Shown: positions 1 through 10,737, numbered from the stretch's first letter. The stretch: 64,000 nt of DNA from an uncultured Pseudomonadota bacterium (GCA_963836235.1 CAWIIP010000001.1:480001-544000), one strand, 5' to 3'. The notes: generated by a model not told the origin, from the sequence alone. Translations and numbers: made by a program.

Positions 1-126
1 TTTTATCGTTTCCAAAGCTTTTTCCCCATCTTCCGCTTCTAAAACATTACGTTGGTCGCTCTCTAGGGTTTGCCGAAGGACTTTTCTCATACTGGATTTA
101 TCATCTACCAATAATATTGTGCTCAT
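1..126 (-). CDS. Response regulator receiver domain, N-terminal part (runs off the window edge); probably NtrC/AtoC-type partner of the adjacent kinase
   Basis: Manual translation from ATG at 126: MSTILLVDDKSSMRKVLRQTLESDQRNVLEAEDGEKALETIK, with the receiver motif ILLVDD. The ATG overlaps the kinase TGA (ATGA). Confidence 0.85.
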   Translation of the reverse strand, partial: MSTILLVDDKSSMRKVLRQTLESDQRNVLEAEDGEKALETIK

Positions 127-2000
127 GAAACCGCCTCTCTCTTTATTTCGCTGATGGGTAAAATGATCAAAAACATCGCACCACCTTCTGAACGGCCAGC
201 CGCTGACACACTGCCTCCCAAAGATTCAATAATTTTTCGAGTGATCGACAAGCCTAAACCAAATCCTTCTGTTTTGGTCGTGAAAAATGGATTAAATAAT
301 TTTTTATAGTTTTCAGGCGCGATTCCGAAACCTTGGTCCAAAACCCAAACTCCGGCCCAATATCCCTCGGTTTCCGCCGGCACTAAATCTGTAAATCCTT
401 TTTCGAACAAAAAATCAATCAGTTCGACGCGAGTAAACCCCTCTATTCCAATTTGTATTTCTTTTTCTCGGGGCGAAGCCTGGATAGCGTTTAAAGCTAA
501 ATTTAAAATAGCTCTTCGAAATTGTTCAACGTCAAGTCTCAAAAACAATTCCTTCTTTTTTTTGAAAACCACTCTAATCTGCTTTGCTTCCGCTTCTTTT
601 TCAATCAGTGGAAGAACGCCTTGAACAGCCTCGGACAATTGGGTTTCCTGGGAATCCAAGGAAGTTGGCTTAGCAAAAACCAAGAAATTGGTTACGATTT
701 TATTCAAAATTTCAATTTCCGAAGCAATATCAGCAACCATCTCTTGGGCATCGGGTAATTGAACAAGTTTTTTTTGAAGAATCTCCGCAAAACCCTTCAT
801 TGCACCAAGAGGATTTCGGATTTCATGCGCAATTCCAGCCGCCAATTCACCAATCGTTGCCATTTTTTCGGTAGTTTTGATCTGTGTTTGAAGTCGCCGC
901 AATTGAGTTTCATCCGTAAAAATCATTTCGGTTCCCAACTCCTGGGAATCCGGACCTAACAGAGGCGCACTTCGAAGTCGGATGAATTTCGGGTTTTCTT
1001 CCGATAGATTAATTTCCTGATTTTCAAGACATTCGTGGGTCAAATGAGCGGTTTTAACGGCATTTAAAAAGTTTGGGAACTTGGAAAAAACCTCTTGAAA
1101 ATCTCGGCCCATAGCTATTTCCTTCGGGATTTCAAGGATTTGGGAAGCGGCCTGATTGAAGGTAGTAACCGTTCCGTTTAAGTCCAATACCAACAATCCA
1201 TTCGACATGCTTTCTAAAATATACTCGTTATGGCTTTGAAGTCGTTTTGTCATTTCATTGAAGGCATAGGCCAATGCCCCCAGTTCATTCGTGGAAGTTA
1301 CCGGAATTCGGAGGCTAAAATCGCCTTCCGCAATTTTTTGAGAAGCCCGAGCCATAGCCTCAATGGGTGAAATAAAACGCCTTCCGAATGCAAAAAGAAG
1401 ACCACCCATAAGCATTAGGCAGACAAGCCCGAAAGTGAACAATACTTTCGCAAATTGATCAAGCCCGTCAATGAATTTGGCACTTGCTTCGACTCCAAGG
1501 ACGGCGATGATTTTTTTATTTTTGTAAACCGGCGCGTACCCGATTTTGTATATGCCGCCGTCGCTTTCCGGAAACAGAATGGACGCAGATGGAACACCGT
1601 TTTTGGCTTGGGAAAAGGGTTCAGGATCTAAATCACGAAGCCAATTATTCTCATGAAAGTCATATTGTTCATTAGCGTCAACGAGAACCTGGCCGGATAA
1701 ATCCAGTATAAAAATATTTTTGGCCTGACTTTCTATTTTTTTTTCAGCTAAAAAATTACGAAATTTTTCATAAAGCTCCCCCTTTCCGTCAAGAAAAGGA
1801 AGCCATTCCGCCCGGGTTTGGCCTGAGGATAACCTAGCAATAGCTAAGAGACGGTCCCCCATTTCCCCATCAAAAGTTTTTTTGGATACGTAATAAGCGA
1901 ATCCTCCGTAGACAAAAAGAATGATGATTCCAACGAAGAGGGTACGGCTTACTAATTCGGCAAGGACGCTTCCATGAAAATATGGGGATGTTTTCTTCAT
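123..2000 (-). CDS. Membrane sensor histidine kinase (TM-periplasmic-TM-HAMP-PAS-HisKA-HATPase), NtrB/AtoS-like
   Basis: Two TM segments, HAMP (NELGALAYAFNEM), PAS (NGLLVLD..FNQAA), H-box AHEIRNPL, N-box NLALNAIQA, G boxes DQGFGI, FFTTK and GFGLGL. Start set at ATG 2000; the ORF track extends to 2027. Confidence 0.92.
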   Translation of the reverse strand: MKKTSPYFHGSVLAELVSRTLFVGIIILFVYGGFAYYVSKKTFDGEMGDRLLAIARLSSGQTRAEWLPFLDGKGELYEKFRNFLAEKKIESQAKNIFILDLSGQVLVDANEQYDFHENNWLRDLDPEPFSQAKNGVPSASILFPESDGGIYKIGYAPVYKNKKIIAVLGVEASAKFIDGLDQFAKVLFTFGLVCLMLMGGLLFAFGRRFISPIEAMARASQKIAEGDFSLRIPVTSTNELGALAYAFNEMTKRLQSHNEYILESMSNGLLVLDLNGTVTTFNQAASQILEIPKEIAMGRDFQEVFSKFPNFLNAVKTAHLTHECLENQEINLSEENPKFIRLRSAPLLGPDSQELGTEMIFTDETQLRRLQTQIKTTEKMATIGELAAGIAHEIRNPLGAMKGFAEILQKKLVQLPDAQEMVADIASEIEILNKIVTNFLVFAKPTSLDSQETQLSEAVQGVLPLIEKEAEAKQIRVVFKKKKELFLRLDVEQFRRAILNLALNAIQASPREKEIQIGIEGFTRVELIDFLFEKGFTDLVPAETEGYWAGVWVLDQGFGIAPENYKKLFNPFFTTKTEGFGLGLSITRKIIESLGGSVSAAGRSEGGAMFLIILPISEIKREAVS

Positions 2001-2190
2001 TGAATTTCCACAATGGCCTCTTGGCAAAAACTTTTAAACCATCTCGCCGTTGGTTTCCACATTCCTGGAGTTCTTGGAAAAGTCGTAGTTTGGTCAGGAA
2101 ATACGGGGAATCTCTTGTAAATGTGGAGTTATGAATTCCTACAAAGTGACTGAGACTCATAATCTGTCACTTAATTGACGATGTGGTTAA

Positions 2191-2219
2191 ATTATAACAC
2201 CAAGGATGGTATTTGTGAA
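2191..2219 (-). promoter_or_regulatory. Sigma-70-type promoter for the kinase/regulator operon
   Basis: Minus strand TTCACA-17 bp-TATAAT with an extended -10 TG. Confidence 0.55.
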
Positions 2220-2256
2220 ATTTTTGACGATAATTCCCGAGGTAAATTACTCAAGT

Positions 2257-4065
2257 TTATGCGTGAAAAGCCTTGAATAATTCATGGGCCAATTTCCTCG
2301 AAAAGCCAGGGACCGTCTCTAACTCCTCTAACGGAGCCTTTTCAATCTCTTTTACTGAATCAAAACGATTTAAAAGGGACCTCAAACGGCTGGGGCCGAT
2401 TCCTTTAACCTTTTGCAACAAGGAAGTCACTGCCTGACGGTCACGGATAATCCGGTGGTATCCCACGGCAAAGCGGTGAGATTCATCTCGAATTCGCTGG
2501 AGCAAATGCCTGGCTTTTAAATGTCCCGTGAAGTCAATGGGGTTGCTTTGTCCCGGCACAAAGACCTCCTCTTCCCTTTTGGCCAAAGAAGCGAGGCCAT
2601 AAATTTCCTTTAGTTCATCTTCTAAAACCAATTGAACCGCGCTTAACTGTCCTTTTCCGCCGTCGATTAAAAACAGGTCGGGTATAGGATTCCCTTCCCT
2701 TTCCAACAGGCGTAGGTAACGACGCATCATTTCCTGGTGGGAACGATAATCGTCCTGCCCTTCGATTTCTTTGATTTTGAACTTTCGATACCGGCTTTTT
2801 TCAGGCACTCCGTCTCTAAAAAAAATAGCCGAACCTACGTTGAAGGCGCCTTGAAGGGTTGAAATGTCAAAACAGGCAATATTCTGTGGAATACTTTTTA
2901 GATTCAGCAGGTTTTGGATTTCCTTTAATAATGATGTTTGAGCGACATCTTCTTTTAAAGCCATTAATACGTTTTTTTCGGCCATATTCATTAAATTAAG
3001 ACGCCATTCGTCGCGTGCGTTATTAACCTGAACTTGATTTCCCCTTTGTTGTGATAACAGGATTTCAACGCCGGATTCCAACGTCAATTCGGTGGAAATT
3101 AATATCTCTTCAGGGATAAAAACACCTTTGACGTAATACTGGGGGAAAAAAGCGGCCGCCACTTCCTCAAGGCCTAATTCCATTTCGTTGTCCAAAGTGA
3201 GTTTGATGTGATCAATCACTTTCCCTTGCCGAACCTGGAGGACGGAAACCAACACTTTCGCCAGTCCTTGGACAAAGGCAAAAACATCCAAATCTTTTTT
3301 TATCGGAATAATAACAGTGTATCCGGTTTGCATTTGTTGGATTGTTCCCAAAAGATCCCGGAATTTGGCCGCTTCCTCATATTCTTGGTGTTCCGCCGCT
3401 TTTAACATTTCTTTTTGAACATGGTCCATCAAGTCATCATGCTTACCTTCCAAAAACCACTGGAGCTTATCCACCAATTCACCGTAGGCTTTTTTTTCAA
3501 TAATCCCGATGCAGGGCGCGGGACATTGTTTGATCTGGTAACTCAAGCAGGCCCGGTCGGCTTTTCCGTCAATTTCAATGTTGCAATCCCTGATGTTGAA
3601 ATACCGGTAGATCATTTTGATAATCTCCCTGAGTTTCAAATTCGGGTAGGGGCCATAATATTTGGCGCCATCCGCCGAGGGTCGGCGGGAAATTAAAATC
3701 CGTGGAAATTCTTCTTGAGTCGTCAGCTTTAAATAGGGATAGCTTTTATCGTCCCGCAAAACCACGTTATACCGCGGACGATGGCGCTTGATGAGATTGC
3801 TTTCCAGAAGAAGGGCCTGTTTTTCATCCTCCGTCATGACATATTCGAGGTGAAACGCCTGCTCCACTAGGGAGCGGACTTTTGGACTGGACTGGGAGGC
3901 CAGGTTAAAATAGGAAGATGTTCTTTTTTTTAGAGAGACCGCTTTCCCCACATATAGGACGATGTTGGCGGCGTTCTTGAACAAATAGACACCAGGCGCG
4001 TCTGGAAAACCCGCTGCAGTCTTTTTCAACTCTTCCATTTTTCCGAGCGAATTGTTGTCAATCAC
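2257..4065 (-). CDS. uvrC: Excinuclease ABC subunit C
   Basis: GIY-YIG (PGVYLF..YVGKA..LLESNLIK..PRYN), Cys cluster, UVR domain, RNase H-like CFDIS and LIDGGKGQ, C-terminal HhH (GIGP). Confidence 0.97.
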   Translation of the reverse strand: MIDNNSLGKMEELKKTAAGFPDAPGVYLFKNAANIVLYVGKAVSLKKRTSSYFNLASQSSPKVRSLVEQAFHLEYVMTEDEKQALLLESNLIKRHRPRYNVVLRDDKSYPYLKLTTQEEFPRILISRRPSADGAKYYGPYPNLKLREIIKMIYRYFNIRDCNIEIDGKADRACLSYQIKQCPAPCIGIIEKKAYGELVDKLQWFLEGKHDDLMDHVQKEMLKAAEHQEYEEAAKFRDLLGTIQQMQTGYTVIIPIKKDLDVFAFVQGLAKVLVSVLQVRQGKVIDHIKLTLDNEMELGLEEVAAAFFPQYYVKGVFIPEEILISTELTLESGVEILLSQQRGNQVQVNNARDEWRLNLMNMAEKNVLMALKEDVAQTSLLKEIQNLLNLKSIPQNIACFDISTLQGAFNVGSAIFFRDGVPEKSRYRKFKIKEIEGQDDYRSHQEMMRRYLRLLEREGNPIPDLFLIDGGKGQLSAVQLVLEDELKEIYGLASLAKREEEVFVPGQSNPIDFTGHLKARHLLQRIRDESHRFAVGYHRIIRDRQAVTSLLQKVKGIGPSRLRSLLNRFDSVKEIEKAPLEELETVPGFSRKLAHELFKAFHA

Positions 4066-4213
4066 GTTTCAACCCCTAAACGGATTAAAAATAAAATAAT
4101 ATTTTATCGTCAAGTTCACCAAAGCCCGAGAAGGATGGAACGCAAAGAGGTTTTCAATTCCATAAACCCGACTTTATTTTTTTTGTGAACGTTGTGCCTT
4201 TAGTGGTTCAAAT

Positions 4214-6202
4214 TTAGTTTGGGCTTTTAATACGTTCCCGCAGCTTTCGAACCTCATCCCGCAACTCAGCGGCCTTTTCATATTCATATTTTTGCGCGAG
4301 TTCAACCATTTCTCTTTCCAGGGCCACTATTTTTCTTGGAACGGCTTCCGGCGTCAAATAAGTACCCGCTTCTTCCTCCGCGATGGGAACTGTATAGTAA
4401 TCCGCTTCATAAACAGTACCGAGGATTTCCCTTATTTCTTTTTTAATTGTCGATGGCGTGATTCCATGTTTTTGATTGTATGTATTTTGTACAGTTCGTC
4501 TGCGTTTAGTCTCCGAAATGGTTTTTCTCATGGACTCGGTTTCCTTATCGGCGTAAAAAATGACTTTTCCCTCAACGTTGCGGGCGGCACGGCCGGCAGT
4601 CTGCATCAAAGAGACTTCCGAGCGCAAAAAACCTTCCTTATCGGCATCCATGATGGCGACCAAACTGACTTCGGGCAGATCCAATCCCTCCCTAAGCAGG
4701 TTGACCCCTACCAAAACATCATAAACACCCAGCCGGAGGTCCCGAATGATACGGATACGGTCTAACGTTTCGACATCTGAATGGAGATAGGCCACTTTAA
4801 CGTTGATTTGTTTCAAATAATTAGTCAAATCCTCCGACATCTTTTTCGTCAAAGTGGTGACTAAAACCCGCTGTTGTTTTTTGACTTTTTCCCGTATTTC
4901 GCCGATGAGATCGTCCACCTGGGAAAGGGCGGGTCTGACCTCGATTTCCGGATCCATCAAACCAGTCGGGCGGATAATTTGTTCGATAATTTCGCCTTTC
5001 GAGAACTTCAGTTCCTCTTTGGCAGGTGTTGCCGAAACATAAACGACTTGGTTTATTTTTTTTTGAAACTCCTCAAACTTCAAGGGACGGTTATCAAAGG
5101 CGCACTTTAATCGGAAACCAAAGTCCACTAGGTTTTTTTTGCGGGCGAAATCCCCATTGAACATTCCATGGAGCTGGGGCAGTGTCACATGTGACTCATC
5201 GATAAAAGTGATAAAATCCTTCGGGAAATAGTCCAAAAGGGTATAGGGTGGCTCCCCAGGCTTGCGTCCCTCAAAATGCCTGCTGTAATTCTCAATCCCT
5301 TGGCAATAGCCCATTTCCTCAATCATTTCCAGGTCAAACATCGTGCGTTGTTCCAACCTTTGGGCTTCCACCAACTTTTCCCCTTTTTTCAGTTCTTGAA
5401 GCCTTTCTCGAAGTTCATCACGGATGTCCCCCAAGGACCTTTTGATCACCGATTCGGGCATAACGTAGTGTTTAGCCGGATAGATAGGAAATACCTTTCT
5501 CCGGTTGAGTGCTGTTCCGGTTACGGGATCAATTTCTGATATTTTTTCCACTTCATCCCCGAAAAACTCGATTCGGAAGGGATTCTCCTCATAAGCCGGA
5601 TAAACCTCGACCACATCCCCCTTCACCCGGAACTTGCCACGGCTGAAATCAATGTCATTTCGGGTATATTGAATCTCAACCAGTTCTTTCAATAACTTTT
5701 CCCGTGGGGTCTCCTGCCCTTCCCGGACCACCAGATGCATGGCCTTGTAGTTTTCCGGTGACCCTAACCCATAAATGCAGGAAACTGACGCCACGATAAT
5801 AACGTCGCGCCTTTCCTGTAGAAGGGCCGTTGCCTCAAGCCGAAGCCGGTCTAATTCCATGTTGATCGAAGCGTCCTTCTCGATGAAGGTATCGGTATGC
5901 GGTATATAAGCTTCCGGCTGGTAATAGTCGTAATAACTTACGAAATAGGCGACAGCGTTTTTGGGGAAAAATTCCTTGAACTCGCTGTACAGCTGGGCCG
6001 CCAGGGTTTTGTTGTGAGAAACAATGAGGGTAGGTCTCTGAAGCTTCTGAATAACATGGGCCATGGTGAAGGTCTTTCCCGAACCCGTCACACCCAAGAG
6101 GGTCTGGTGAGCGGTACCTTTTTCGATGTTCTTCGTGAGTTTCTGGATGGCTTGGGGCTGATCCCCGGTGGGTTTGAAGTCCGAAACGATTTGAAAGTCC
6201 AT
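4214..6202 (-). CDS. uvrB: Excinuclease ABC subunit B
   Basis: GDQPQAI, Walker [22 protein letters not shown] beta-hairpin, [22 protein letters not shown]-terminal UVR domain. Confidence 0.98.
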   Translation of the reverse strand: MDFQIVSDFKPTGDQPQAIQKLTKNIEKGTAHQTLLGVTGSGKTFTMAHVIQKLQRPTLIVSHNKTLAAQLYSEFKEFFPKNAVAYFVSYYDYYQPEAYIPHTDTFIEKDASINMELDRLRLEATALLQERRDVIIVASVSCIYGLGSPENYKAMHLVVREGQETPREKLLKELVEIQYTRNDIDFSRGKFRVKGDVVEVYPAYEENPFRIEFFGDEVEKISEIDPVTGTALNRRKVFPIYPAKHYVMPESVIKRSLGDIRDELRERLQELKKGEKLVEAQRLEQRTMFDLEMIEEMGYCQGIENYSRHFEGRKPGEPPYTLLDYFPKDFITFIDESHVTLPQLHGMFNGDFARKKNLVDFGFRLKCAFDNRPLKFEEFQKKINQVVYVSATPAKEELKFSKGEIIEQIIRPTGLMDPEIEVRPALSQVDDLIGEIREKVKKQQRVLVTTLTKKMSEDLTNYLKQINVKVAYLHSDVETLDRIRIIRDLRLGVYDVLVGVNLLREGLDLPEVSLVAIMDADKEGFLRSEVSLMQTAGRAARNVEGKVIFYADKETESMRKTISETKRRRTVQNTYNQKHGITPSTIKKEIREILGTVYEADYYTVPIAEEEAGTYLTPEAVPRKIVALEREMVELAQKYEYEKAAELRDEVRKLRERIKSPN

Positions 6203-6277
6203 GGTTGGATTGTGGGATACCTGAAGAATTAATTCAAGGGATGAAGTGCTGGCTTGAAGTCAAAAGTTCCTGAAAAC

Positions 6278-6305
6278 AAAAAAGCCCGCCTTGAGGAGCG
6301 GGCTT
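6278..6305 (-). terminator. Rho-independent terminator after the lipoprotein gene
   Basis: AAGCCCGC-8 nt-GCGGGCTT hairpin followed on the minus strand by a U-run, about 16 bp after the stop at 6322. Confidence 0.75.
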
Positions 6306-6321
6306 CCTTAAGCCATTAGAG

Positions 6322-7788
6322 TTAATAAACTTCAATGTTGCCAACGACAATATCCCCGGCGGTATAAGGCCCAGGATAGCCACTTTCATTAACGTCGACT
6401 CCAACAGCTGTTATATCCGTCCCATCTGACCCTGCAAAAGCTGGTGCAAAAGTCGCCGTATGCCAGGCTGTTTGAGGGAATCCAGGATAATAACAACTTC
6501 CGGTTGCAGAACATTGCCCAGGCCAACCATTGTAGTCACCGCCATATCTCGTTGCACCAGAACCAGCAGTCACATAAGGATAGGCTGTCCCTCCGGTGGT
6601 GCTCGCACTAACCCAGAATTGGATACTAACCGTGGATAATCCCAAGGAAGTCCAGTTCCAGTTTGCCGGAACTGAAGGCGAACCAGACGCGGTATTACAC
6701 TCGGCTTGAATATCATTCACCGTAGCCCCACCCGGGAAAGAGAAATCCAAAGCACAAGTACTTGTACCGGTCCATCCAGTTGCTAATCCCGTTATAGTCG
6801 TTACTGCCATGTAACTGGGAGGTGCGGCCGGTGAAACTTGCGCCCAATAATCCACAGCGCAATCGGTGAAAGCCCAAGTTACTCCATTCGAAGACGGTGT
6901 TGGGGTCGGTACCGTATTATTCAAAATTTGCACATCAGCAATTTCAATTGTCACGGATTCCGCCCCGCCAGGATTAGGAGAACCTCCATAGAGTAATTGC
7001 AAACCGACCTGCGATACACCCAATGTGTCAGCGGTAAGGGTATAAGTGATCTGTGTCCAGGTAGTGGCCAGGGTATTTTGCCAACCACCTGAAATACCAC
7101 CTCCGGTTCCATTCGCGATAATCTGTGCGTTTTGATTGCCTGTCCCCGCACCGCTTGAAACTTGGTACCAAAGAGAAATGGTACTTCCGACATTCAGTTT
7201 AACACCCGTTGACCAGACAACCGAGACGACCACGGAATCCGTTATGGAAGAAAAAACAACACCTTCCTTTATTGAATTTTGACCAGAGTACGTATCTGTT
7301 GTATCCCATACGGGAGTCGCATCAAATGTCGGGCTTCCACTTCCCGAGGCCTGCCAGCATTCATTGTCACTGGGAAAGGTGTAGTTCGCTTGGAAAGTTG
7401 GATTGCATGCGACTGTAGCCGTTGGAGTGCTCGTTATCGTCGGCGTGAGCGTAAGGGTCGGGGAGCTCGTAATCGTGGCTGTGGGTGTGATCGTCAGTGT
7501 GTTCGTAATAGTCGCAGTTGGGGTGTTGGTTCCCGTATTGGTAGGGGTGCTAGTGGGACCAATAGGCGTATTAGTGATGGTTGAAGTCGCTGTAGCCGTT
7601 TGGGTGTGAGTGGGGGTGATTGTTGGTGAAGAGGTGGGTGTTGAAGTAATAGCTGGCGTTGCGGTAATGGCTACGAAGGAGGGGCTGACAGGAACCGAGA
7701 TTTGCCTTGTACAACCAACGAAAAAACCTGTTCCGGTTAATCCTGTTAAAAGAACTCCCACCAGCAAAACACGCCATGAATTCATCAT
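6322..7788 (-). CDS. Putative surface lipoprotein with a long Thr/Pro-rich stalk and two beta-rich, possibly carbohydrate-binding modules
   Basis: Hydrophobic N-terminus ending in lipobox-like FVG|C. About 85 aa of TPT/TAT repeats follow, then two Trp/Cys-containing beta-rich segments separated by VPTPTPS. Confidence 0.7.
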   Translation of the reverse strand: MMNSWRVLLVGVLLTGLTGTGFFVGCTRQISVPVSPSFVAITATPAITSTPTSSPTITPTHTQTATATSTITNTPIGPTSTPTNTGTNTPTATITNTLTITPTATITSSPTLTLTPTITSTPTATVACNPTFQANYTFPSDNECWQASGSGSPTFDATPVWDTTDTYSGQNSIKEGVVFSSITDSVVVSVVWSTGVKLNVGSTISLWYQVSSGAGTGNQNAQIIANGTGGGISGGWQNTLATTWTQITYTLTADTLGVSQVGLQLLYGGSPNPGGAESVTIEIADVQILNNTVPTPTPSSNGVTWAFTDCAVDYWAQVSPAAPPSYMAVTTITGLATGWTGTSTCALDFSFPGGATVNDIQAECNTASGSPSVPANWNWTSLGLSTVSIQFWVSASTTGGTAYPYVTAGSGATRYGGDYNGWPGQCSATGSCYYPGFPQTAWHTATFAPAFAGSDGTDITAVGVDVNESGYPGPYTAGDIVVGNIEVY

Positions 7789-7823
7789 CGCCCCCTAAAA
7801 ATTAAGTAAGTGTTCCGATAATC

Positions 7824-7839
7824 TGCAAATTGGGTGCCA
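7824..7839 (-). promoter_or_regulatory. Sigma-54 (-24/-12) promoter
   Basis: Minus strand TGGCAC-CCAAT-TTGCA matches the TGGCAC-N5-TTGC consensus exactly, 36 bp upstream of the ATG at 7788. Confidence 0.75.
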
Positions 7840-7948
7840 ATCAAAGCGACCTAAATTACCACTTAAAAATGTTGAAATCAATTTCTATTTGGGCCAAAAC
7901 TGCCATTTTAACGGGAAATCAGTTTGGATTTTGACATGATATAAAAAT

Positions 7949-7987
7949 ACCTAAGTTAAACCCTTTTAGTCAGAGCTTAACTTAGGT
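7949..7987. repeat. 11-bp perfect inverted repeat with a 17-bp spacer
   Basis: ACCTAAGTTAA-N17-TTAACTTAGGT. Confidence 0.6.
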
Positions 7988-8370
7988 GAAAATAATTGGA
8001 ATGACATAGACCTTAATGGACAACAACTACCTTGCCCGTCTTACTCCGGACGGTTTGTCCATCGTTGGCTTGAATGGAATAAATATAAAGTCCGCTCGCC
8101 ACGACTCCATTCGATGAGTTGCGGCCTTGCCAGGGTAAGGAGTTGTTTCCAACCTGTCCCTCAAGCGTCGTCTGGAAGATCTGCTCTCCCAATAAGGTAA
8201 TGTAACGCCCGAAACCATCACGAAAGACTTAATTAAAAACCTAGGAAGGACGGCCGATTATGAGGAACGAAAAGGCATGAGAAAATTATTTAACGACTTC
8301 ATCAAATAGGCCTAAAACTAATTAACCGTTTTGGGCACCTGTGGTTCTATCGGTGTTATTTAGTATTTGG

Positions 8371-10584
8371 CTAAATACCCTTTAATCTCAATATGTCCCT
8401 TAACTTCTCCCGGACATCCTCATTGTGGGGTTCTTCGGTCAGGATTCTTTCGTAAATTTTCAGGGCTTCCAGGTAAAGGCCTTGTTTGGCGTAAATCTCA
8501 GCCAAGGTTTGACGGACAAAAGGATCATCCAAGGATTCCTGGGATTCATACTTTGGAGAAGGCGGAGGAGATTGGGCGGAAACGCTTTTAGGCGGCGGGG
8601 ACGTTGGGATGCTTTTCCCTTCCTTCTCTTTTTCAAACCGAAGCCTTTCCATGCCCTGCATAATTTCTTGGTTGATTTTGGCCTTGGCTACTTCCTGTTC
8701 TTTTTTTTGTTCGGTGTATTTCTTTCTTTCCTCTTCCTCCTGGCGCTGCTTCTCCTCCCCCAGCCTTAAAGCCTCTTTTAATTGGACTTCCCGCTCAGTC
8801 CGTTCCTTCAGTTCCTTTTCCACTTGATCACGGATATTGTGCTCAAGTGAATTCTTTGCCGCCTCAAGTTCATTTTGAAGACGGTTGAGGGATTCCGCCC
8901 TTTCTTTTTCAATTTTTTCCCGCTCGAAAGCCAGGCGCCTCTCTTTTTCCTCGAATTCCCTGGTAAACTGTTGTCGCAGTTCCTCTTCTTTGGAACGGTT
9001 AACGTGGGCCAAAATCACGGCTTCGGTTTTTTCTTTCTCAATTCGCTCGCGCTCGGCCGCCAACAGCTTTTGTTTTTCCTCAAACTCATAGGCGATTTTC
9101 TGGCGCAATTCCCCTTCTTTTGATTTTTGTACTTGTTCAAGGAGTTTGGATTCCAATTCCTGCTTCAACCTTATCTGGTCCAACTCTTGTTTATGTTCCA
9201 ATTCACGTTGGCGTTCTTGCGCGGCCCGGGCCTGCTCTTCCAGTTCTTTGCGCATTTGTTCGCGCAGTTCTTTTTCTAATTCGGACTTTATTTCCTCGGC
9301 GGTGGGGTGTTTTTCCGCCGGCTCCATCGCCCGGGCGATTAAGGCGTAAACTTGCTGGAGGCGCATCCGGACCTCCGATGATTGGGGCCACCGCTTCAAC
9401 ATCTCCAAATAAACATCAATCGCTTGTTCGTACAAACCCCGATCCGCGAAAACTTGGGCCTGAACAAGGAAGCCCTGTTGTTCCTCCATTTCCAATTGGG
9501 CTTTTTCCTCAGCCGTTGGTTCGACGGGAGGGGGTAAATCAGGAGAAACTTCTGCCACAAAGACATTTTGGTCCAATGGATACTTTGCCACCATTTCATT
9601 ACTTGGATCTAATTCGAGGATGGTTTGCCGAACTTCACGGGCTTCATCCAGAAGATTTTCATTAAAATAGACGTCCAAAATTCTCAAATAGGCAAGAACG
9701 GCTTCGGGCGTCTGATTCAGGCGCAAATAAGTAAGGGCCAGGTATTTCAAGGCACCCACATGACCTTCCTGTAGTTGCAGGAATTTTTCAAAAGAAGCGC
9801 GGCTTTCCGGGTATTTCTGTTGGTTAAAAAAAATGACGCCCAAATGGTATTGGGTGCTTGGATCGCCTAATTCGATCGCCTTTTGAGCCGCGGTTTCCGC
9901 CTTTAAAAAATCATTTTTACTGATATAAATTTCTATCAAATCTTGGAGGCTTTTCACCGCCGCGGATGTCTGTTTCGCCTTGATAAAAAGGCCAATCATT
10001 TTTTCCCGGGCCTCAATGTTCAAGGGATCCAGCTCGGTGGCCGCCTGTAAAACCTCAACCAGCTTCCCGGTTTGAGTTTCCTCATCCAAGTTAGATGCGA
10101 GGTTCATGAGGGCTTCCACGCCTTCGAATTTTTGTCCCTTTTTGGCGAGGAGTTTTGCGAATGGAATATTCGCGTCGATCCGGTTTGGTTCGGCCTTCAA
10201 AACCGATCGGTAGATTTCAATGGCTTTGTCCGGTTCCGTTTCCTCCAATTGAGTGGCGCGCGAAAGATATTTATCAATTAGATTTTTGACGGCATTCAAC
10301 AACTCGGGATCATTCGGAAGAAACTTCAGCATCCGCTTGTAAACTTGGAGGACTTTATCGACTTGGTTCTTTTGGTCGTACCCTTGGGCCACCAGGTCAT
10401 ACTGTTGGAGGGCTTCCTGGGCATCGCCCTTTTTGGCGTAAATGTCAGCAAGCATATTGTGGACGTTTAGGTCCTTGGTATCTAACTCGGCTAGTTTGTG
10501 ATATTCCTCAATTGCCCTATCCCAATCACCTTTTTGGTAATAGGAATAGGCCGTCTTAATGAGTACGGTTTTATCTTCAGACAC
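8371..10584 (-). CDS. Cytoplasmic tetratricopeptide-repeat protein with a long E/K/Q/R coiled coil and a C-terminal TPR
   Basis: Many TPR-like helices (AYSYYQKGDWDRAIEEY, LGVIFFNQQKYPES), about 220 aa of charged heptads, Pro linkers and terminal TLAEIYAKQGLYLEALKIY. No signal peptide. Confidence 0.8.
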   Translation of the reverse strand: MSEDKTVLIKTAYSYYQKGDWDRAIEEYHKLAELDTKDLNVHNMLADIYAKKGDAQEALQQYDLVAQGYDQKNQVDKVLQVYKRMLKFLPNDPELLNAVKNLIDKYLSRATQLEETEPDKAIEIYRSVLKAEPNRIDANIPFAKLLAKKGQKFEGVEALMNLASNLDEETQTGKLVEVLQAATELDPLNIEAREKMIGLFIKAKQTSAAVKSLQDLIEIYISKNDFLKAETAAQKAIELGDPSTQYHLGVIFFNQQKYPESRASFEKFLQLQEGHVGALKYLALTYLRLNQTPEAVLAYLRILDVYFNENLLDEAREVRQTILELDPSNEMVAKYPLDQNVFVAEVSPDLPPPVEPTAEEKAQLEMEEQQGFLVQAQVFADRGLYEQAIDVYLEMLKRWPQSSEVRMRLQQVYALIARAMEPAEKHPTAEEIKSELEKELREQMRKELEEQARAAQERQRELEHKQELDQIRLKQELESKLLEQVQKSKEGELRQKIAYEFEEKQKLLAAERERIEKEKTEAVILAHVNRSKEEELRQQFTREFEEKERRLAFEREKIEKERAESLNRLQNELEAAKNSLEHNIRDQVEKELKERTEREVQLKEALRLGEEKQRQEEEERKKYTEQKKEQEVAKAKINQEIMQGMERLRFEKEKEGKSIPTSPPPKSVSAQSPPPSPKYESQESLDDPFVRQTLAEIYAKQGLYLEALKIYERILTEEPHNEDVREKLRDILRLKGI

Positions 10585-10737
10585 CGGGGCAGGACTCCTT
10601 CAAGGAAAACTGTTAACAGGGCGCGGGAAAAGTATTACTAAACGCCCTGTCAAACCAGGTGAAATGCAATTTAACATACCCTTTTTGCTAGACCAAGGGC
10701 TTTGTCCTGAAGGTTTTGGGCGGTTGGGTTCCGCCGG

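Noticed and set aside
1870-2160. 96-aa ORF upstream of the kinase
   Set aside because: It overlaps the kinase in another frame, has no RBS or motif, and is more likely leader sequence.
7279-7798. Val/Gly-rich plus-strand ORFs (7279-7584, 7403-7609, 7610-7798)
   Set aside because: They are antisense shadows of the Thr/Pro-rich stalk of the lipoprotein gene.
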